From Trichosphaerium sp. ATCC 40318 (lineage: Eukaryota > Protista > Tubulinea), in contig JALMLS010000498.1 of assembly GCA_038496445.1 (NCBI GenBank), positions 1-35,530 on the forward strand: a stretch of 35,530 nt of DNA, read 5' to 3'. Below the pieces are notes generated by a model. That model saw only the letters and a list, made by a program, of their open reading frames with translations, ran no database searches and was not told the DNA's origin. Position numbers and translations under genes: made by a program. This document shows, piece after piece, positions 33,195-35,530 of this stretch (position 1 is its first letter; every line of letters begins with the position of its first letter).

Positions 33195-35530
33195 ATGGAT
33201 GAACAGGGACATTTTGGCAGCAACAACATGGCAAATTACGGACCAATGCACGGCGCGCAATCAGTAAACATGCCTACTCATGGGCACAACGGTAATAACC
33301 AGCCTGGTTTCGCGCACTTCGAGCAGGTAAAACTAGCTATACTCCGTGTGGTGTTTTCAGTAGCTTATGATAAATCAGTTTTCGGAGGAGGATAATAATT
33401 TGCTTATGAGCGTTTTACACACGCCCACAGACCCATCGACGTTAAAGGTTGAACCACCAGGACAAGGAGTGGTGTTTCATCCTTACCAGCCAGTTGGGTA
33501 ACGATGAAACCGTTGCAATATGTTTTAAAACATTCCTTGTAGGCAACCCCCTCATTATGGAGGCGGTCCAATGCTAGCACAACGTGACATGCAACGCGGC
33601 TTTCCTATGGGCCCACCACCTAGTACGTCGTACCTATGAAGCAACGATAACCTAATGAGCCGTAAAGCGATGAATTACCCTCCTCAAATGCGTGAACAGA
33701 CGCAAATGCGAGTAGATCAAACGCACCAGTTCGCACAACAGCAACAGCATAAACAGCATGAAGAAGAACAGACTGACGTTAACCAAGCCGCTAAATCGCG
33801 GCGTAGAAGGTACATTACTTAGCTAATTACACTTGCGTGTCATTTACATCTATCGTGAATCAACAAAGATGATAGCTAGGCTATCTAGACACGCATATTT
33901 GGCGAAATTTGCCTTTTTGTCACGATTGCGCTTTTTATCCTCGAATTAACGCTAAAAGTCTCAAAACAACGCTAAATAATTCTGGAATTCTTTAATTTGT
34001 ATTTAAATGGTATTTTCAAGGTAGCGTAGTAAACGCTAAAAGAATATTAACGTAACCAACGTTTAAATTTTTTATTCTTACCTGTTTTTACCTTTTTTTT
34101 TTATTTCCAACGTCAAAAATGGCGTCACCCTGAAACAATTAAAACAGGCGTTCAACAAAAAAAAGAAAATTAAAAAATACGTACTGTTCTCCTTTAATCT
34201 TATTCTCGTTTGCCTCTCTTGTCATTTGTAACTTTATCCATTAGGGAAAGCCAGAATAGAGCATCTAGAAACTATCGTCAAAGGAAAAAGGAATATATCA
34301 AAGATATTGAATCTAAACTAGCACAGCTTAGTCTTGAAAATGAACAGTTAAGAGCTGAAAATATGAAAAACAAAATTCTTGCTTCTCAACTCACAATTGA
34401 AAATGCTGAACTTAAAACTACCGCCAAAACCAATAGTAAGTATACCTCTAATATGCTAAAACAGTACCTTTTGTGATAGACTTGCTGACTTTTTTTTGTA
34501 GTTAGTGGAAAAACGCCACATCCTCTCTACAGATCATACAGTAATGAAATAGCAGTAATGGACAAAGAAATCGAGAAGATTATGATCGCTCTACAAGAAG
34601 CATGTAAACGTGAAGACGAAGCTACTATTTCGAATCTACTCAAAGACTTTCATCAACACCAACGTCAACGTCAAGATATGCTTACTAAAGAAGTACAACA
34701 GTTGGTTACACCTAAGATGCAAGAAAAGTTTGTTCGCTTGTCTGGTGTTCCACCTAAGATGACAGCTGATCAAGAGATTAACCGTTGGTTATCTGGTCTT
34801 GCTGATCAAGGTGTTTCAGTTGCACAAATTGAAGAATTAAAGAAACTTGAGAGTAGACACTACGCCGGTACGCACTGTATAATTTTTTTTTGCTGTACCC
34901 AAAAGCTTTTGATTAAATGTTGCGTTGTTGGGTGTATTATGAAAAGGATCTTTTTTTTTTACTTGATTTGATTTATTGCTTTTTATTTACTCTTTTTCGC
35001 CTTATAGAATTGCGTGTGATTTATAGAGAGCGTGATGTAAACGAGACCATTCGTGGTTTTTATCAAGATAAGATACTTAATAACCCAACACAAGTCGTTA
35101 ATAGTGCATTGCGACTTGATGATTCCAGCATTCTCGTACTATCGAACAAGTTAGAGCTATTAAAGAAAAATCTGCAGCGCGAGAACGAGCTAGTTAGTAG
35201 CACGTTAGATGACTTTGGAAACATTCTTAGCCCTGTTCAAGAAGCGTACGACATATCCGCGGACTTTATCCCTTTTCTTTTTTTGTAACTTGACAAGTTG
35301 GTAAAAAAAACTCCGCCATCAATACAGTTGTCCACTTTTCACCTTTGTTTTTCTTTTGGTTATACTCACTTCTATCTCTAGTATTCTAAGCTTAAAGCAT
35401 TACCACGTGTACAAGACAACGATATCTAGTATGCAAATGTTGAATAATGGTAAGCGAAGCATTTGAATTTTTTGATTTTTTAAAAGACTCTTTCTCTTTG
35501 TCTATGTTATCTTTTATTTACATTTTTTTT
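33195..35530 (+). CDS. bZIP transcription factor, multi-exon, 3' end beyond window
   Basis: Q/P/G-rich N-terminus; KSRRR|[22 protein letters not shown] basic region; heptad leucines [15 protein letters not shown]; helical C-terminal region. Confidence 0.9.

Overview
AT-rich, intron-dense eukaryotic genomic DNA. Introns are short GT-AG (donors mostly GTAYG/GTAAG, CTRAC-type branch sites), consistent with a protist, probably an amoebozoan (inference). The ORF track fragments most genes, so I rebuilt gene models by hand-splicing. Housekeeping genes: Iwr1/SLC7A6OS (with a tRNA-Asp nested in an intron), TDP1, an SLC35A nucleotide-sugar transporter, Nup50/Nup2, a divergent UBE2D-like E2, SGT1 and a bZIP factor (3' incomplete). 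Less ordinary content: (1) three F-box genes plus one truncated remnant of a 21-22 aa LRR family (constant ITDEGxKALxGVH, hypervariable beta-strand), with both copies of a 260-bp TIR element sitting in members of this family; (2) two further F-box genes, one fused to a degenerate G-alpha domain; (3) a five-exon modular metallothionein with one 6-Cys module per exon, missed by the ORF track; (4) a saposin-acid ceramidase/NAAA fusion; (5) an intronless DUF4419 gene and a bacterial-like small membrane protein gene with introns; (6) a candidate intronic C/D snoRNA in an apparently non-coding spliced host; (7) strong over-representation of CACGTG. Family assignments come from remembered motifs, not database searches.
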